Positions 16,730 to 26,950 of a stretch of 32,000 bases of DNA are shown one piece after another. The DNA lies in the NCBI RefSeq assembly GCF_000759835.1, contig NZ_BBNB01000008.1, positions 206,744 through 238,743 on the forward strand, given 5' to 3'. The notes under the pieces were generated by a model. That model was not told the DNA's origin. It saw nothing but the letters and a program-made list of their open reading frames with translations, and did no database searches. Source of the DNA: Citrobacter sedlakii NBRC 105722. Its GTDB lineage: Bacteria; Pseudomonadota; Gammaproteobacteria; Enterobacterales; Enterobacteriaceae. Every line of letters starts with the position of its first letter. Position 1 is the first letter of the stretch. Both the position numbers and the translations under genes were made by a program.

Positions 16730-19399
16730 TCAAACCTCCGTCTTGCCAATTAAACCTTCCCTTACGGAATAGCCGCATGATGCGTCGTCAGACACCACAA
16801 TCACATTGACGAACGCCTTGTTCTGATGCTGCTTAACGCACCACTGCTGAAGCTGTTCACCTTCCAGCAAACAGAAATCCTGCGCATGTTTCTTCCACCA
16901 GCCTTCGCGTACGCGCAACAGGCTCATCTCCCAGCCCTTTTCTCCAGGAGCATAAGGAATAACCGTATCCTCGACGATCCTCGCCAGCCATAGAGCAATA
17001 GATTCCTCAGACAAACGAGTGGAGAGTTTTTCAGGCAGAAATTCGCTGCTATCCGGACTGTAGCCAGGCGCAAAATTGAGGGTATGCTGCATCGCAGACG
17101 CACGATCGCAGTAAAATTTACCTTCCTGCGCCTGCTCTGCTTTCGCAAACCCCGCAGGTATGACAACCTCTTCGCCATAAACCGATTCGATCAACAAACG
17201 GGCGGACTGCGGCATCTGAATCTTGCCTTGCATTCGCAATACGCGTTGCGTCAGCCACAGGCGGCCATGCTCGGGGTAGACATAAGCGCTGTTTCGCATG
17301 GCGGCAGAGAACCACTCTTCTGCTGGTTCGTCGTCCCATTCGGGGGCGAGGATATGCAGTACCGGTGAGGGGCGTTCGTCCTGACCGGGCATTTTGAGCA
17401 AACCGTTACAGTCGCGAATATGGCGCTGTAGTCGGCCTGCCCGCTGGATTAAAAGATCGACAGGAGCCAGATCGGAGATCATCTCGTCGACATCAATATC
17501 GAGCGACTGCTCTATAACTTGCGTCGCGATAATGACGCTTCCAGCACGTAACGAATGGCTTTTTTTGCCAAACACGCTCAGCGTGCGATCTTCGATTTTC
17601 TGACGATCGTGGAATGCAAAGCGACTATGAAAAAGCATCAGCCTTTCTGCACTCACCACGCTGTTGCCGAGCAGTTGCCGGTATGAACGGATGGCGTCAT
17701 CAACGGAATTTCGAATCCATGCAATGCACCGCCCTTCACTGACGACATCTTTAATGTGATCAATGCAGGCGAGTTCATCATGCAACCAGGCGATATTGAC
17801 GCTACGCTCAACCTCTTTACGGGTATTAACGTGCTGAGAGATAATCTCGTTTCCCGCCACTTGAGTCAGCCAGGGATAATCGTTGAATCCCAATAACGGC
17901 GCTTGTGTTTGACATTTCCCCCCTCGCGAAAAAGCCGAGACCAGCCTGTCACGCTGGCGCTGGGATAACGTTGCAGAGAGTAAAATGGTGGGGTTGCCAT
18001 CCCGAGCTTGCTTTTCAATCAGGCTTTCGAGGAGTTTCGACATCCAGGCATCATAAGCATGGATTTCGTCGGCGATTAAGACCTTATTTCTCAGTCCCAA
18101 CAGGCGGAGATTGTTGTGTTTAAATGGCATAACCGCCATCAATGCCTGATCCAACGTGCCTACGCCTACGTCAGCCAGCAAGGCCTTTTTACTGCTGTCA
18201 GCGAACCAGGCGGCGCAGCCCTGCGCAAAGGGTTGCAAGTCATCCCTTTCCTCAGAACCCGACATATCACAGGACCAGACAGACTGATTAAAATGTTCCA
18301 TCAACGCGCGAGCGCTGTGCGCCAGCACCAGACTGGGGCGCGAGCCAGGCTGATAAAGCGACAGCCACGTTTTTTCCATTCGTCCGTACATGGCATTGGC
18401 GGTCGCCATTGTTGGCAATCCGAAATAAATTCCGTTCGCTTTCCCCTCCGCCATGAGCCGATGCGCCAGAATTAACGCAGCTTCGGTTTTCCCTGCTCCC
18501 GTAACATCTTCAAGGATAAACAACTGGGCATCGGATTTATCGATATCCAGTTCAAGCGCCTTTTGTTGTAACGGCGTGGGATGCTGAATAAAAGGAAATA
18601 GGGTATTCATTCCTGAGAAGGAGGCAACAGCGGGAGAAGATGGAAAAACAGAGATCGCTTTTTCCGCGTTAATTAATGTCTGATGCCAGTACTCCTCTAT
18701 CGACATTCGCCTTGCAATGCGTGGGAAATAGCGAGTGGAAGATCCCGTCCAGTCAGCAAGAACAATTGCTGCTGAAATAAACCATGAGAGATGCTTAAAT
18801 AGATCAATTCCTTCATCATCATCCCAGAATGCAGGAACGTTAATGAGCGGGAATAATGGTTTTACCGCCAGAAGAAAGTCGTGAGCGGCCTCTTTATCTG
18901 ACGGACGGAAGTGATTCAGTTCCTGAACCGCAGCAGGAGGCCGCCCGTGGTGCCCGGTCGTTAATGGCATCCACAGCGCCACCGCGCGCTTCAGTTTGCG
19001 CAATGTCAGCGTAGACGGTGGGAGAAGCTCTGCGCATCCGCTTAGAAAATGCGTCCACAGCCAGAAACCAAGCGTTGCATGAGGGATCTTTTCATACTCT
19101 CTCGGCAGATCGTTTGAGGAGGTCAGATCCGGGTGGCAATAAAGCTGTTGAAACGAACGGGCAAACTTACCGATATCATGCCAACAAAGCAGCCAGGCAA
19201 AAAATTGTGCGGCCTGTTCAGTGCTAATTAATCCTAATTTACGAAGATAGTTATCGATAGAATAAATATTATTTTTTACCATCCAATAACCAACAGCGGC
19301 CACATCCAGAGAATGCCAACACAATAAATGGTAATCATCACCGTCGGATTTATCGCCGTTACGGGTTTTACCCCAGTAGTCAAATATCGCCACACACAC
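16730..19399 (-). CDS. cas3: Cas3 HD nuclease / SF2 helicase (type I-E)
   Basis: 889 aa. HD motif CWHDIGKF, Walker A DVTGAGKTEAA, motif II ADEIHAYD. Immediately upstream of cse1. Confidence 0.96.
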   Translation of the reverse strand: MCVAIFDYWGKTRNGDKSDGDDYHLLCWHSLDVAAVGYWMVKNNIYSIDNYLRKLGLISTEQAAQFFAWLLCWHDIGKFARSFQQLYCHPDLTSSNDLPREYEKIPHATLGFWLWTHFLSGCAELLPPSTLTLRKLKRAVALWMPLTTGHHGRPPAAVQELNHFRPSDKEAAHDFLLAVKPLFPLINVPAFWDDDEGIDLFKHLSWFISAAIVLADWTGSSTRYFPRIARRMSIEEYWHQTLINAEKAISVFPSSPAVASFSGMNTLFPFIQHPTPLQQKALELDIDKSDAQLFILEDVTGAGKTEAALILAHRLMAEGKANGIYFGLPTMATANAMYGRMEKTWLSLYQPGSRPSLVLAHSARALMEHFNQSVWSCDMSGSEERDDLQPFAQGCAAWFADSSKKALLADVGVGTLDQALMAVMPFKHNNLRLLGLRNKVLIADEIHAYDAWMSKLLESLIEKQARDGNPTILLSATLSQRQRDRLVSAFSRGGKCQTQAPLLGFNDYPWLTQVAGNEIISQHVNTRKEVERSVNIAWLHDELACIDHIKDVVSEGRCIAWIRNSVDDAIRSYRQLLGNSVVSAERLMLFHSRFAFHDRQKIEDRTLSVFGKKSHSLRAGSVIIATQVIEQSLDIDVDEMISDLAPVDLLIQRAGRLQRHIRDCNGLLKMPGQDERPSPVLHILAPEWDDEPAEEWFSAAMRNSAYVYPEHGRLWLTQRVLRMQGKIQMPQSARLLIESVYGEEVVIPAGFAKAEQAQEGKFYCDRASAMQHTLNFAPGYSPDSSEFLPEKLSTRLSEESIALWLARIVEDTVIPYAPGEKGWEMSLLRVREGWWKKHAQDFCLLEGEQLQQWCVKQHQNKAFVNVIVVSDDASCGYSVREGLIGKTEV

Positions 19400-19620
19400 T
19401 CCGAACTTCGTGCAAGGTGTTTAATCTTCCTCGCTATTGGTCGTGTTTTTTTTGATGTAGCGCATGCTTTTTTCGCTCTAAATATTTTCACACACATTAT
19501 CAGTATTTATTACACAACACGTACGGAAAAATATTTTTAATATTTATCGTTAAGAAAATAGCATTAATTATATCTATAATTTTTTCAGGAATAACTTGTT
19601 ACTCTTTTTATTAACATAAG
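19400..19620 (-). promoter_or_regulatory. AT-rich upstream region of the cas3-led operon (promoter expected)
   Basis: About 220 bp of very AT-rich non-coding DNA directly upstream of the cas3 start. cas3 abuts cse1, so this is the only sizeable non-coding region that can drive the cas operon. No sites mapped. Confidence 0.4.
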
Positions 19621-19660
19621 AAAAAAGCTTCTGACATTAAGATGGCAGAGGCTTTTTTTG
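19621..19660. terminator. Hairpin flanked by an A-run and a T-run downstream of cysH (bidirectional terminator candidate)
   Basis: agcttctg (19626-19633) pairs with cagaggct (19646-19653). aaaaaa lies upstream and ttttttt downstream. On the minus-strand RNA the stem carries one C.A mismatch. Confidence 0.5.
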
Positions 19661-19673
19661 TTTTCTGAAGAAA

Positions 19674-20408
19674 TTACCCCTCGTGCAAACCGCATTCGCG
19701 TTTCAGGCCAAAGAAGCGGGTTTCTTCTTCTGCCATCCCCGGCTCCCACTTGCGGGTAGTGTGCGTGTCGCCCACCGAGAGATAGCCTTCATCCCACAGC
19801 GGGTGGTATTTCAGGCCGTGTTTTTGCAGGTACTGGTACACCGTGCGGTTGTCCCAGTCGATGATAGGCAACACCTTAAACACCCCACGCTGAATGGCCA
19901 GCACCGGCAGATGGGCCCGACTCCCGGACTGCTCGCGACGCAAACCGGCAAACCAGGTCTGCGCGTTCAGCTCTTTCAGCGCACGGTTCATTGGCTCGAC
20001 TTTGTTGATCTCATTGTACTTCTCAATGCCCTCAACGCCCTGTTCCCAGAGTTTGCCGTAGCGCGCTTCTTGCCAGGCGGCGCTTTCAGTCGCGCGGTAC
20101 ACCTTCAGGTTCAGCTTGAGCTTGTCCGTTAACTCATCAATAAAGCGGTAGGTTTCCGGAAACAAATAACCGGTATCAGTGAGGATCACCGGAATGTCCG
20201 GGCGGATCTGATTGACCAGATGCAAACTGACCGCCGCCTGAATGCCAAAGCTGGACGACAGCACGTATTCACCGGGCAGATTTTCCAGCGCCCAGACCAC
20301 GCGGCCTTCTGCATCCCGTTTTTCCAGCTGGCTGTTGATTTCTGCCAACGCCATAACACGTTCAACTTTTGGCAGATCGTTCAGGGCGTTTAGATCGAGT
20401 ATGGACAT
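19674..20408 (-). CDS. cysH: Phosphoadenosine phosphosulfate (PAPS) reductase
   Basis: ATG 20408 with a gagg SD gives the 244-aa [23 protein letters not shown]...KRECGLHEG, colinear with E. coli CysH. The ORF-track start at 20429 adds 7 unsupported codons. Confidence 0.95.
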   Translation of the reverse strand: MSILDLNALNDLPKVERVMALAEINSQLEKRDAEGRVVWALENLPGEYVLSSSFGIQAAVSLHLVNQIRPDIPVILTDTGYLFPETYRFIDELTDKLKLNLKVYRATESAAWQEARYGKLWEQGVEGIEKYNEINKVEPMNRALKELNAQTWFAGLRREQSGSRAHLPVLAIQRGVFKVLPIIDWDNRTVYQYLQKHGLKYHPLWDEGYLSVGDTHTTRKWEPGMAEEETRFFGLKRECGLHEG

Positions 20409-20430
20409 AAGAACCTCGTTTGCCTGCATT

Positions 20431-20497
20431 GCCGGGCGGCAATGACGTTTGCCCGGCCTGAAAACCTAAAGGCCCGGTAAGCGAAGCGCCTCCGGGC
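20431..20497. repeat. Two REP-like palindromic units between cysI and cysH
   Basis: Unit 1 is gccgggc-(13 nt)-gcccggc (20431-20457). Unit 2 is gcccgg-taagcgaagcgcct-ccgggc (20472-20497). Both resemble enterobacterial REP consensus (GCCCGGTAAGCG...CCGGGC type). Confidence 0.55.
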
Positions 20498-20507
20498 AAA
20501 GGCGTGG

Positions 20508-22220
20508 TTATTCCCAAAAATCCCGCGCAGGATCGCGCACCGGGCGAATAATGCCCGCACGCACCGTAAAGTCGCCGAAGCCTTCACCCGCTTCGCGCTC
20601 TTTCACCCAGCGCCCGATCAGTTCATCCAGCGAGGCCAGAATCTCCGGCTCGGTGATATTCTCTTTAAACATGCGGGGAATACGCGTTCCGATGCGGTTG
20701 CCGCCCAGATGCAGGTTGTAACGCCCCGGCGCTTTCCCGACCAGCCCCACTTCCGCCAGCATGGCGCGGCCACAGCCGTTCGGGCAACCGGTCACGCGCA
20801 TAACAATATGCTCATCGCTCACCCCATGCTTCGCCATCAGCGTATCGACCTTATCAATAAAGGTCGGCAGGAAGCGTTCAGCCTCTGCCATTGCCAGCGG
20901 ACAGGTCGGGAACGAGACGCAAGCCATTGAGTTTTCCCGCTGCGGCGTTACGGCATTCATTAAGCCGCTCTCCTGCGCGATCTTCTCTATTTTCGCTTTT
21001 TCGCTCTCCGGCACGCCGGCAATAATCAGGTTCTGGTTAGCGGTAATGCGGAATTCACCTTTATGGATCTTCGAAATCTCAAGCAGACCCGTTTTCAGCG
21101 GACGGCCCGGATAATCCAGAATACGGCCATTTTCAATAAACAGCGTCAGGTGCCAGTTATTGTCGATGCCTTTTACCCAGCCGATACGATCGCCACGACC
21201 GGTGAATTCATACGGGCGAATCGGCGCAAATGTGATCCCCGCGCGACGTTCAACTTCCGCTTTAAATGTCTCAACGCCCACGCGCTCCAGGGTGTATTTG
21301 GTTTTCGCGTTTTTACGGTCGGTGCGGTTACCCCAGTCGCGCTGGGTGGTGACCACCGCTTCCGCCACAGCCAGCGTGTGCTCCAGCGGCAGGAAGCCGA
21401 ACTCGCTCGCGGTGCGGGCATAGGTTTTCTTGTTACCGTGTTCGATGGACAATCCGCCGCCCACCAGCAGGTTAAAGCCCACCAGCTTGCCGTTTTCCGC
21501 CACGGCGACAAAGTTCATGTCGTTGGCATGCAGATCGATATCATTCTGCGGCGGGATCACCACCGTGGTTTTGAACTTACGCGGCAGATAGGTCTGACCG
21601 AGAATCGGTTCTTCATCGGTGGTCGCGACCTTTTCCTGATCCAGCCAGATCTCCGCATAAGCGCGGGTGCGCGGCAGCAGATGCTCAGAGATTTTCTTCG
21701 CCCACGCGTAGGCTTCAGCGTGCAACTCAGACTCATAAGGGTTCGAGGTGCAGAGCACGTTGCGGTTCATGTCGTTGGCGGTCGCCAGCGCATCCAGTCC
21801 AACGGAGTGCAGCATCTGGTGCACCGGCTTCACGTTTTTCTTCAGAATGCCGTGGAACTGGAAGGTCTGACGGTTGGTCAGACGGATGCTGCCGTAAATC
21901 GTGTTTTCAGCCGCGAACTTGTCGATCGCCTGCCACTGTTTCGTGGTGATGACGCCGCCCGGCAAACGGCAGCGCAGCAGCATCGCGTGACGCGGCTCCA
22001 GCTTCTGCTCGGCGCGCTCGGCGCGGATATCGCGATCGTCCTGCTGATACATACCGTGAAAGCGGATCAGCAGGAAGTTGTCGCCTTTAAACCCGCCGGT
22101 GAGACCGTCATTCAGATCTTCAGCAATGGTGCCGCGCAGGTAGTTGCTTTCCAGCTTCATGCGCTCGGCGTCTGACAGTTTACCTTCGACCACCAGTGGT
22201 CCTGGATGTTTTTCGCTCAT
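20508..22220 (-). CDS. cysI: Sulfite reductase (NADPH) hemoprotein beta-component
   Basis: 570 aa. Siroheme/4Fe-4S cysteine motifs [16 protein letters not shown] and [10 protein letters not shown]. Start overlaps the cysJ stop by 1 nt (TAATG). Confidence 0.97.
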   Translation of the reverse strand: MSEKHPGPLVVEGKLSDAERMKLESNYLRGTIAEDLNDGLTGGFKGDNFLLIRFHGMYQQDDRDIRAERAEQKLEPRHAMLLRCRLPGGVITTKQWQAIDKFAAENTIYGSIRLTNRQTFQFHGILKKNVKPVHQMLHSVGLDALATANDMNRNVLCTSNPYESELHAEAYAWAKKISEHLLPRTRAYAEIWLDQEKVATTDEEPILGQTYLPRKFKTTVVIPPQNDIDLHANDMNFVAVAENGKLVGFNLLVGGGLSIEHGNKKTYARTASEFGFLPLEHTLAVAEAVVTTQRDWGNRTDRKNAKTKYTLERVGVETFKAEVERRAGITFAPIRPYEFTGRGDRIGWVKGIDNNWHLTLFIENGRILDYPGRPLKTGLLEISKIHKGEFRITANQNLIIAGVPESEKAKIEKIAQESGLMNAVTPQRENSMACVSFPTCPLAMAEAERFLPTFIDKVDTLMAKHGVSDEHIVMRVTGCPNGCGRAMLAEVGLVGKAPGRYNLHLGGNRIGTRIPRMFKENITEPEILASLDELIGRWVKEREAGEGFGDFTVRAGIIRPVRDPARDFWE

Positions 22221-24019
22221 TAGTAGACATCTCGCTGATAACGGCGCTCTACGCGCAGCTCACTTAAAAATTCATCCGCTGCTTCGGCGTCCATCCCGCC
22301 GAATTCAGCAATCACGTCCAGCAGTGCCTGCTCAACGTCCTTCGCCATGCGATTGGCGTCGCCGCAGACATAAATGTGCGCGCCGTCGTTAATCCAGCGC
22401 CATAGTTCTGCGCCCTGTTCGCGCAGTTTGTCTTGTACGTAGACTTTTTCTTTTTGATCGCGTGACCAGGCCAGATCGATGCGCGAGAGCACGCCCTCTT
22501 TAACGTAGCGCTGCCATTCCACCTGGTAGAGAAAATCTTCGGTAAAGTGCGGATTGCCAAAAAACAGCCAGTTTTTCCCCGGCGCTTCATCCGCCGCGCG
22601 CTGCTGCATAAAGGCGCGGAAGGGGGCGATGCCGGTACCAGGACCGATCATAATGACTGGCGTTTGTGGGTTTTCCGGCAGACGGAAATTATCATTGTGT
22701 TCGATGAACACGCGCACTTCGCCTTCTTCTTCGACACGATCGGCGAGGAAACTGGACGCACCACCGGCACGGGCACGGCCTTCCACCTCATAACGTACCG
22801 CGCCGACGGTAATATGCACTTCGCTTTCCACTTCCGCCTGCGATGAGGCAATGGAATACAGGCGCGGCGTAAGCGGACGCAGCAGGCCGATCAGCGCGTC
22901 TGCATCCAGTTGTGCCGGTGAGAAGCGCAGCATGTCGACAATCGGCGTCGTCGCCGCATAGTGCTGCAACTGCGCTTTATCGCCCACCAGCGGCAACAGG
23001 GATTCACTGCGCGTTAGCGTGGCGTAGTTTTCAACGATATTGGCGGTGTTGACCGTTAACTCAAAATGCCACTGCAACGCCTCCGACAGCGGGAGGTTTT
23101 TCCCGTCAACCGTTACGGGTTCATCGCCTTTCAGCCATACCAGCTCGACAATCTCTTTAACCAGCGCCGGATCGTTCTGATACCAGACGCCCAGCGCATC
23201 GCCAGGCTGGTAACGCAGGCCGGAATCGCCAAGATCGATCTCGATATGGCGCACGTCTTTTTCTGAATTACGCCCGGTAATCTTTTGATTGACCGAAAGC
23301 GATGCGCTGAGCGGCGCTTCTTTGGTGTAGGGGCTGGAGTGAATTTCGTTAACCGCACCACTGGCAATGACCTGCGAAGGGGCAGCGACCGGCGCACGGG
23401 ATTTCAACACGTCAACCACGCGCGCACGCCATTCTGCGGCGGCGGGCTGGTATTCGACGTCGGCATCCACGCGATCCAGTAAACGCTCACCGCCCAGTTC
23501 CGCCAGCCTGCTGTCGAAATCTTTCCCGGCCTGGCAGAAGAATTCATACGACGTATCGCCAAGACCGAACACGGCAAAGGCGGTATTTTCCAGCTTCGGC
23601 GCTTTTTTCGAAAACAAGAACTTGTGCAGCGCGACGGCTTCTTCCGGCGGTTCCCCTTCTCCCTGCGTGGAAGCCACAACAACCAGCAGCTTTTCATTGC
23701 CGATCTGTTTGAATTTGTAGTCGCCTGCGTTGACCAGCGTGACGCTGAGTTTAGCCGCCAGCAAATCATCACGCAGCGCTTCCGCGACACGGCGCGCGTT
23801 GCCGGTCTGGGAAGCGGAAATCAGCGTGATGCCCGGCATTTCAGCGACCGGCGCAGGCGGTGACACGGCTGCGCCCGGCTGCTGATTCAGCATGCCCCAG
23901 AAATAGCCAGAGACCCAGGCAAGCTGCGTGGGCGAGAGATCGGTTGTGGCCGCCTGAAGGCGCGCCAGCTGCTCCGGGTTCAGCGGAAGCAAAGCGGAAG
24001 GTGGGGCCTGTGTCGTCAT
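22220..24019 (-). CDS. cysJ: Sulfite reductase (NADPH) flavoprotein alpha-component
   Basis: 599 aa. Flavodoxin motif [16 protein letters not shown] motif [13 protein letters not shown] motif [12 protein letters not shown]. Confidence 0.97.
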   Translation of the reverse strand: MTTQAPPSALLPLNPEQLARLQAATTDLSPTQLAWVSGYFWGMLNQQPGAAVSPPAPVAEMPGITLISASQTGNARRVAEALRDDLLAAKLSVTLVNAGDYKFKQIGNEKLLVVVASTQGEGEPPEEAVALHKFLFSKKAPKLENTAFAVFGLGDTSYEFFCQAGKDFDSRLAELGGERLLDRVDADVEYQPAAAEWRARVVDVLKSRAPVAAPSQVIASGAVNEIHSSPYTKEAPLSASLSVNQKITGRNSEKDVRHIEIDLGDSGLRYQPGDALGVWYQNDPALVKEIVELVWLKGDEPVTVDGKNLPLSEALQWHFELTVNTANIVENYATLTRSESLLPLVGDKAQLQHYAATTPIVDMLRFSPAQLDADALIGLLRPLTPRLYSIASSQAEVESEVHITVGAVRYEVEGRARAGGASSFLADRVEEEGEVRVFIEHNDNFRLPENPQTPVIMIGPGTGIAPFRAFMQQRAADEAPGKNWLFFGNPHFTEDFLYQVEWQRYVKEGVLSRIDLAWSRDQKEKVYVQDKLREQGAELWRWINDGAHIYVCGDANRMAKDVEQALLDVIAEFGGMDAEAADEFLSELRVERRYQRDVY

Positions 24020-24323
24020 GCGTCGTTATGTTCCAGTAAGCAAAGCGGATTTAAGCGATAAAACCCAAACTGAGGGTAAGGTTAACGGCGGGGATAATAA
24101 CAATTAAAGAAGGGTTGGAAATATCAAATAACCAAATGGACTAACCTGTTTTAGTTATCGTTATTAACAATAAAAGCGATTAAATAACCCACTGAAATAT
24201 ATAGAGATACACATTATTCATCGCGTCAATTCCGTAATCAACGCGTCATGGCCGCTTTAGTTAATGCGAAAAAATGTACTTTGCTGTACCCTACGGCGGT
24301 TTTTGCCTGACTGAGAATTTAAG
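24020..24323. promoter_or_regulatory. Divergent cysJIH / queD promoter region (CysB-activated cysJ promoter expected)
   Basis: 304-bp AT-rich gap between divergent cysJ (24019) and queD (24324). Assignment is from cys-regulon knowledge only. Confidence 0.45.
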
Positions 24324-24686
24324 ATGACCACCACCCTGTTTAAAGATTTCACCTTCGAAGCCGCTCACCGTTTGCCGCACGTCCCGGAAGGACATAAATG
24401 TGGTCGTCTGCACGGGCACTCTTTTATGGTGCGCCTGGAGGTTACCGGCGAAGTTGATCCGCACACGGGTTGGATTATTGATTTTGCAGAACTGAAGGCA
24501 GCGTTTAAGCCAACCTATGACCGTCTGGATCACTACTACCTGAATGATATTCCGGGTTTGTCGAATCCCACCAGCGAAGTGCTGGCGAAGTGGATTTGGG
24601 AACAGGTAAAACCCGCAGTACCGTTACTGAGCGCGGTGATGATAAAAGAAACGTGTACGGCAGGCTGCGTCTATCGCGGCGAATGA
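24324..24686 (+). CDS. queD: 6-carboxy-5,6,7,8-tetrahydropterin synthase (queuosine biosynthesis)
   Basis: 120 aa: [34 protein letters not shown].... Zn-binding His triad and catalytic Cys context are present. Matches the remembered E. coli QueD (YgcM). Confidence 0.95.
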   Translation: MTTTLFKDFTFEAAHRLPHVPEGHKCGRLHGHSFMVRLEVTGEVDPHTGWIIDFAELKAAFKPTYDRLDHYYLNDIPGLSNPTSEVLAKWIWEQVKPAVPLLSAVMIKETCTAGCVYRGE

Positions 24687-24793
24687 TCCGCATTTTCCCC
24701 AGCTACCTGGCGTATAACCGGGATGTGCCGGGAGTCAACATTCCTTTACCGTCAATCTGATAGGGTTATGTGCTCTGGATAAAGGAGCACAGC

Positions 24794-26065
24794 ATGGTTG
24801 ACGATTTCGATATTATTTTTGTCGGGGCAGGGATAGCGGGAACCGCTTGTGCTTTACGTTGCGCCCGCGCCGGACTGTCGGTGCTGTTGCTTGAGCGTGG
24901 AGAACGCCCCGGCAGTAAAAACCTTTCCGGCGGACGACTCTACGCGCATGCGCTCGCCGAACTTCTCCCCCACTTCCAACGCACCGCCCCGCTGGAACGA
25001 CGAATTACCCAGGAAAACCTCACGTTACTCACGCATGACGGCGCGACAACCTACTCCAGCCTGCGTTCGGACGGGGAGTCATGGAGCCTGTTGCGCGCCC
25101 GCTTCGATCCCTGGTTTGTCGCCCAGGCGGAAGCCGAAGGTGTTCAGTTTATCAGCGGCGTGACGGTTGAAGCGCTGCATTGTGAAAAGGGCAGGGTTTG
25201 CGGCGTGATTGCTGACAACGAGACGCTGCGCGCCCGCTATGTTGTCCTGGCGGAAGGCGCAAACAGCCTTCTGGCGGAACGTTATGGTTTTTTGCCGCCG
25301 CCATCGCGAAACAGTATGGCGCTGGGGATAAAAGAAACGCTGGCGCTGGACAAACAATTGCTTGAGGAGCGTTTTCGCTTATCTTCTGAAGAAGGCGCAG
25401 CGATGTTGTTCAGTGGTGAAATTTGTGCCGATCGGCCCGGCGGAGCGTTCCTGTATACCAATCAGGACACGCTCTCTTTTGGCGTCGTCTGTCCTCTCTC
25501 CTCGCTGGCGCAGGGTGATATTCCGGCAGGCAGACTGCTGGAGCGGCTGAAAACGCATCCGGCGCTTCGCCCTTTACTCAAAGGCAGCGAAACACTGGAG
25601 TACGGCGCCCATCTGGTGCCGAAAGGCGGCCTGCATAGTCTGCCCGTGCAATATGCAGGGGAAGGCTGGCTGCTGGTCGGAGATGCGCTACGTAGCTGCG
25701 TCAATACCGGCTTCACAATCAGAGGAATGGACATGGCGCTTCTCGGCGCGCAGGCCGCGGCGCAAACGCTAATTCACGCCTGCCAGAAACGCGATCCGCA
25801 AAATCTTTTTCCGGCCTACCATCAGGATATTCAGCACAGTCTGCTGTGGGACGTTCTGCAACGCTACCGTCATCTTCCGGACCTGTTACAGCGCCCGGGA
25901 TGGTATCGTCAATGGCCCGCGCTGATGGATGATGTTTCCCGCGAAATCTGGCGTCAGGGAGAGGGACCGGTGGCCCCGTTGCGCCAGGTTGTCTGGCGTC
26001 ATCTCCGTCGTCACGGCCTGCGTCATTTAGCAGGCGATATTATCAGGAGCATACGATGTCTGTAG
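24794..26065 (+). CDS. ygcN: FixC-like FAD-dependent ETF:quinone oxidoreductase family protein
   Basis: ATG 24794 follows an aaggag SD and gives MVDDFDIIFVGAGIAGTACALRCARAGLSVLLLERGE (GxGxxG dinucleotide fold), 423 aa. The ORF-track GTG at 24770 is an unsupported extension. Confidence 0.88.
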   Translation: MVDDFDIIFVGAGIAGTACALRCARAGLSVLLLERGERPGSKNLSGGRLYAHALAELLPHFQRTAPLERRITQENLTLLTHDGATTYSSLRSDGESWSLLRARFDPWFVAQAEAEGVQFISGVTVEALHCEKGRVCGVIADNETLRARYVVLAEGANSLLAERYGFLPPPSRNSMALGIKETLALDKQLLEERFRLSSEEGAAMLFSGEICADRPGGAFLYTNQDTLSFGVVCPLSSLAQGDIPAGRLLERLKTHPALRPLLKGSETLEYGAHLVPKGGLHSLPVQYAGEGWLLVGDALRSCVNTGFTIRGMDMALLGAQAAAQTLIHACQKRDPQNLFPAYHQDIQHSLLWDVLQRYRHLPDLLQRPGWYRQWPALMDDVSREIWRQGEGPVAPLRQVVWRHLRRHGLRHLAGDIIRSIRCL

Positions 26066-26316
26066 CCCGCAACGTCTGGCGTCCCGCCAGTTTTTCCCAT
26101 ATCGTTCCCGCCAGGCAGATCGACCACGAAACGGCCGCGCGGCTGATCGCCGCCTGCCCTGCCGGGCTGTATTCCCTGTCACCGGAAGGCGAATTGCTCA
26201 TCGACTTTCGCGGCTGTCTGGAGTGCGGCGCCTGTCGCCTGTTGTGCGACGATGAAATGTTGCTACAGTGGCGCTATCCCGCGTCCGGTGCTGGCATCGC
26301 TTACCGCTTCGGCTAA
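26056..26316 (+). CDS. ygcO: FixX-like ferredoxin-type protein
   Basis: 86 aa with ACPAGLY and CLECGACRLLC cysteine motifs. Overlaps the ygcN 3' end by 10 nt, as fixC-fixX pairs do. Confidence 0.85.
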   Translation: MSVARNVWRPASFSHIVPARQIDHETAARLIAACPAGLYSLSPEGELLIDFRGCLECGACRLLCDDEMLLQWRYPASGAGIAYRFG

Positions 26317-26334
26317 TATTTATAAGGATAATCT

Positions 26335-26910
26335 ATGCCCCTGTTACACCTGCTCCGCCAGAATCCCGTCATTGCCGCCGTAAAAGATAATGCCAGCCTG
26401 CAGTTAGCGATTGACTCCGAATGTCTGTTCATCTCTGTGCTGTATGGCAATATCTGCACCATCAGCAACATCGTGAAGAAGATCAAGAATGCCGGAAAAT
26501 ATGCGTTTATCCACGTTGATCTGCTGGAGGGAGCATCGAATAAAGAGGTGGTCATTCAGTTTCTGAAGCTGGTCACCGAGGCAGATGGCATCATTAGCAC
26601 CAAAGCCCCGATGCTTAAAGCCGCGCGAGCGGAGGGCTTTTTCTGCATCCATCGCCTGTTTATCGTCGACTCCATCTCTTTTCACAATATTGATAAGCAA
26701 GTCGCGCAGTCAAATCCGGACTGTATTGAGATTTTGCCCGGCTGCATGCCAAAAGTGCTGGGTTGGGTCACGGAAAAAATACGCCAGCCGCTGATTGCCG
26801 GCGGGCTGGTCTGCGATGAAGAAGACGCGCGCAATGCTATAAAAGCCGGCGTGGCGGCGCTTTCCACCACCAATACCGACGTCTGGACGCTGGCTAAAAA
26901 GCTGAATTAG
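26335..26910 (+). CDS. ygcP: GlpP-family (glycerol-3-phosphate responsive) antiterminator-like protein
   Basis: 191 aa: MPLLHLLRQNPVIAAVKDNASLQLAIDSECLFISVLYGNI...HVDLLEG.... The length and pattern are typical of GlpP-like proteins, and the position matches E. coli ygcP. Confidence 0.8.
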   Translation: MPLLHLLRQNPVIAAVKDNASLQLAIDSECLFISVLYGNICTISNIVKKIKNAGKYAFIHVDLLEGASNKEVVIQFLKLVTEADGIISTKAPMLKAARAEGFFCIHRLFIVDSISFHNIDKQVAQSNPDCIEILPGCMPKVLGWVTEKIRQPLIAGGLVCDEEDARNAIKAGVAALSTTNTDVWTLAKKLN

Positions 26911-26950
26911 CCTCAGCGGCCGGAGGGCAAACACCCTGAGGCTACGTTTT
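26908..26950. terminator. Hairpin between convergent ygcP and ygcQ that includes both stop codons
   Basis: tagcctcag (26908-26916) pairs with ctgaggcta (26936-26944), a perfect 9-bp stem with a 19-nt loop. tttt follows on the plus strand only. Confidence 0.4.

Noticed and set aside
19400-19673. Search for a hok/sok-type toxin-antisense locus between cas3 and cysH (reported near cysH in E. coli K-12)
   Set aside because: All ATG-initiated frames on both strands terminate within about 15 codons, except a 73-aa ORF that overlaps the cas3 start out of frame and lacks a Hok-like hydrophobic N-terminus.
21063-22175. 370-aa plus-strand ORF
   Set aside because: It is antisense to cysI and has no recognisable motifs. 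Long shadow ORFs like this are expected opposite highly codon-biased GC-rich genes.
24770-24790. 6-bp hairpin (gtgctc/gagcac) overlapping the ygcN Shine-Dalgarno
   Set aside because: The stem is short with a 9-nt loop and covers only half of the SD. It is too weak to call a regulatory element from sequence alone.
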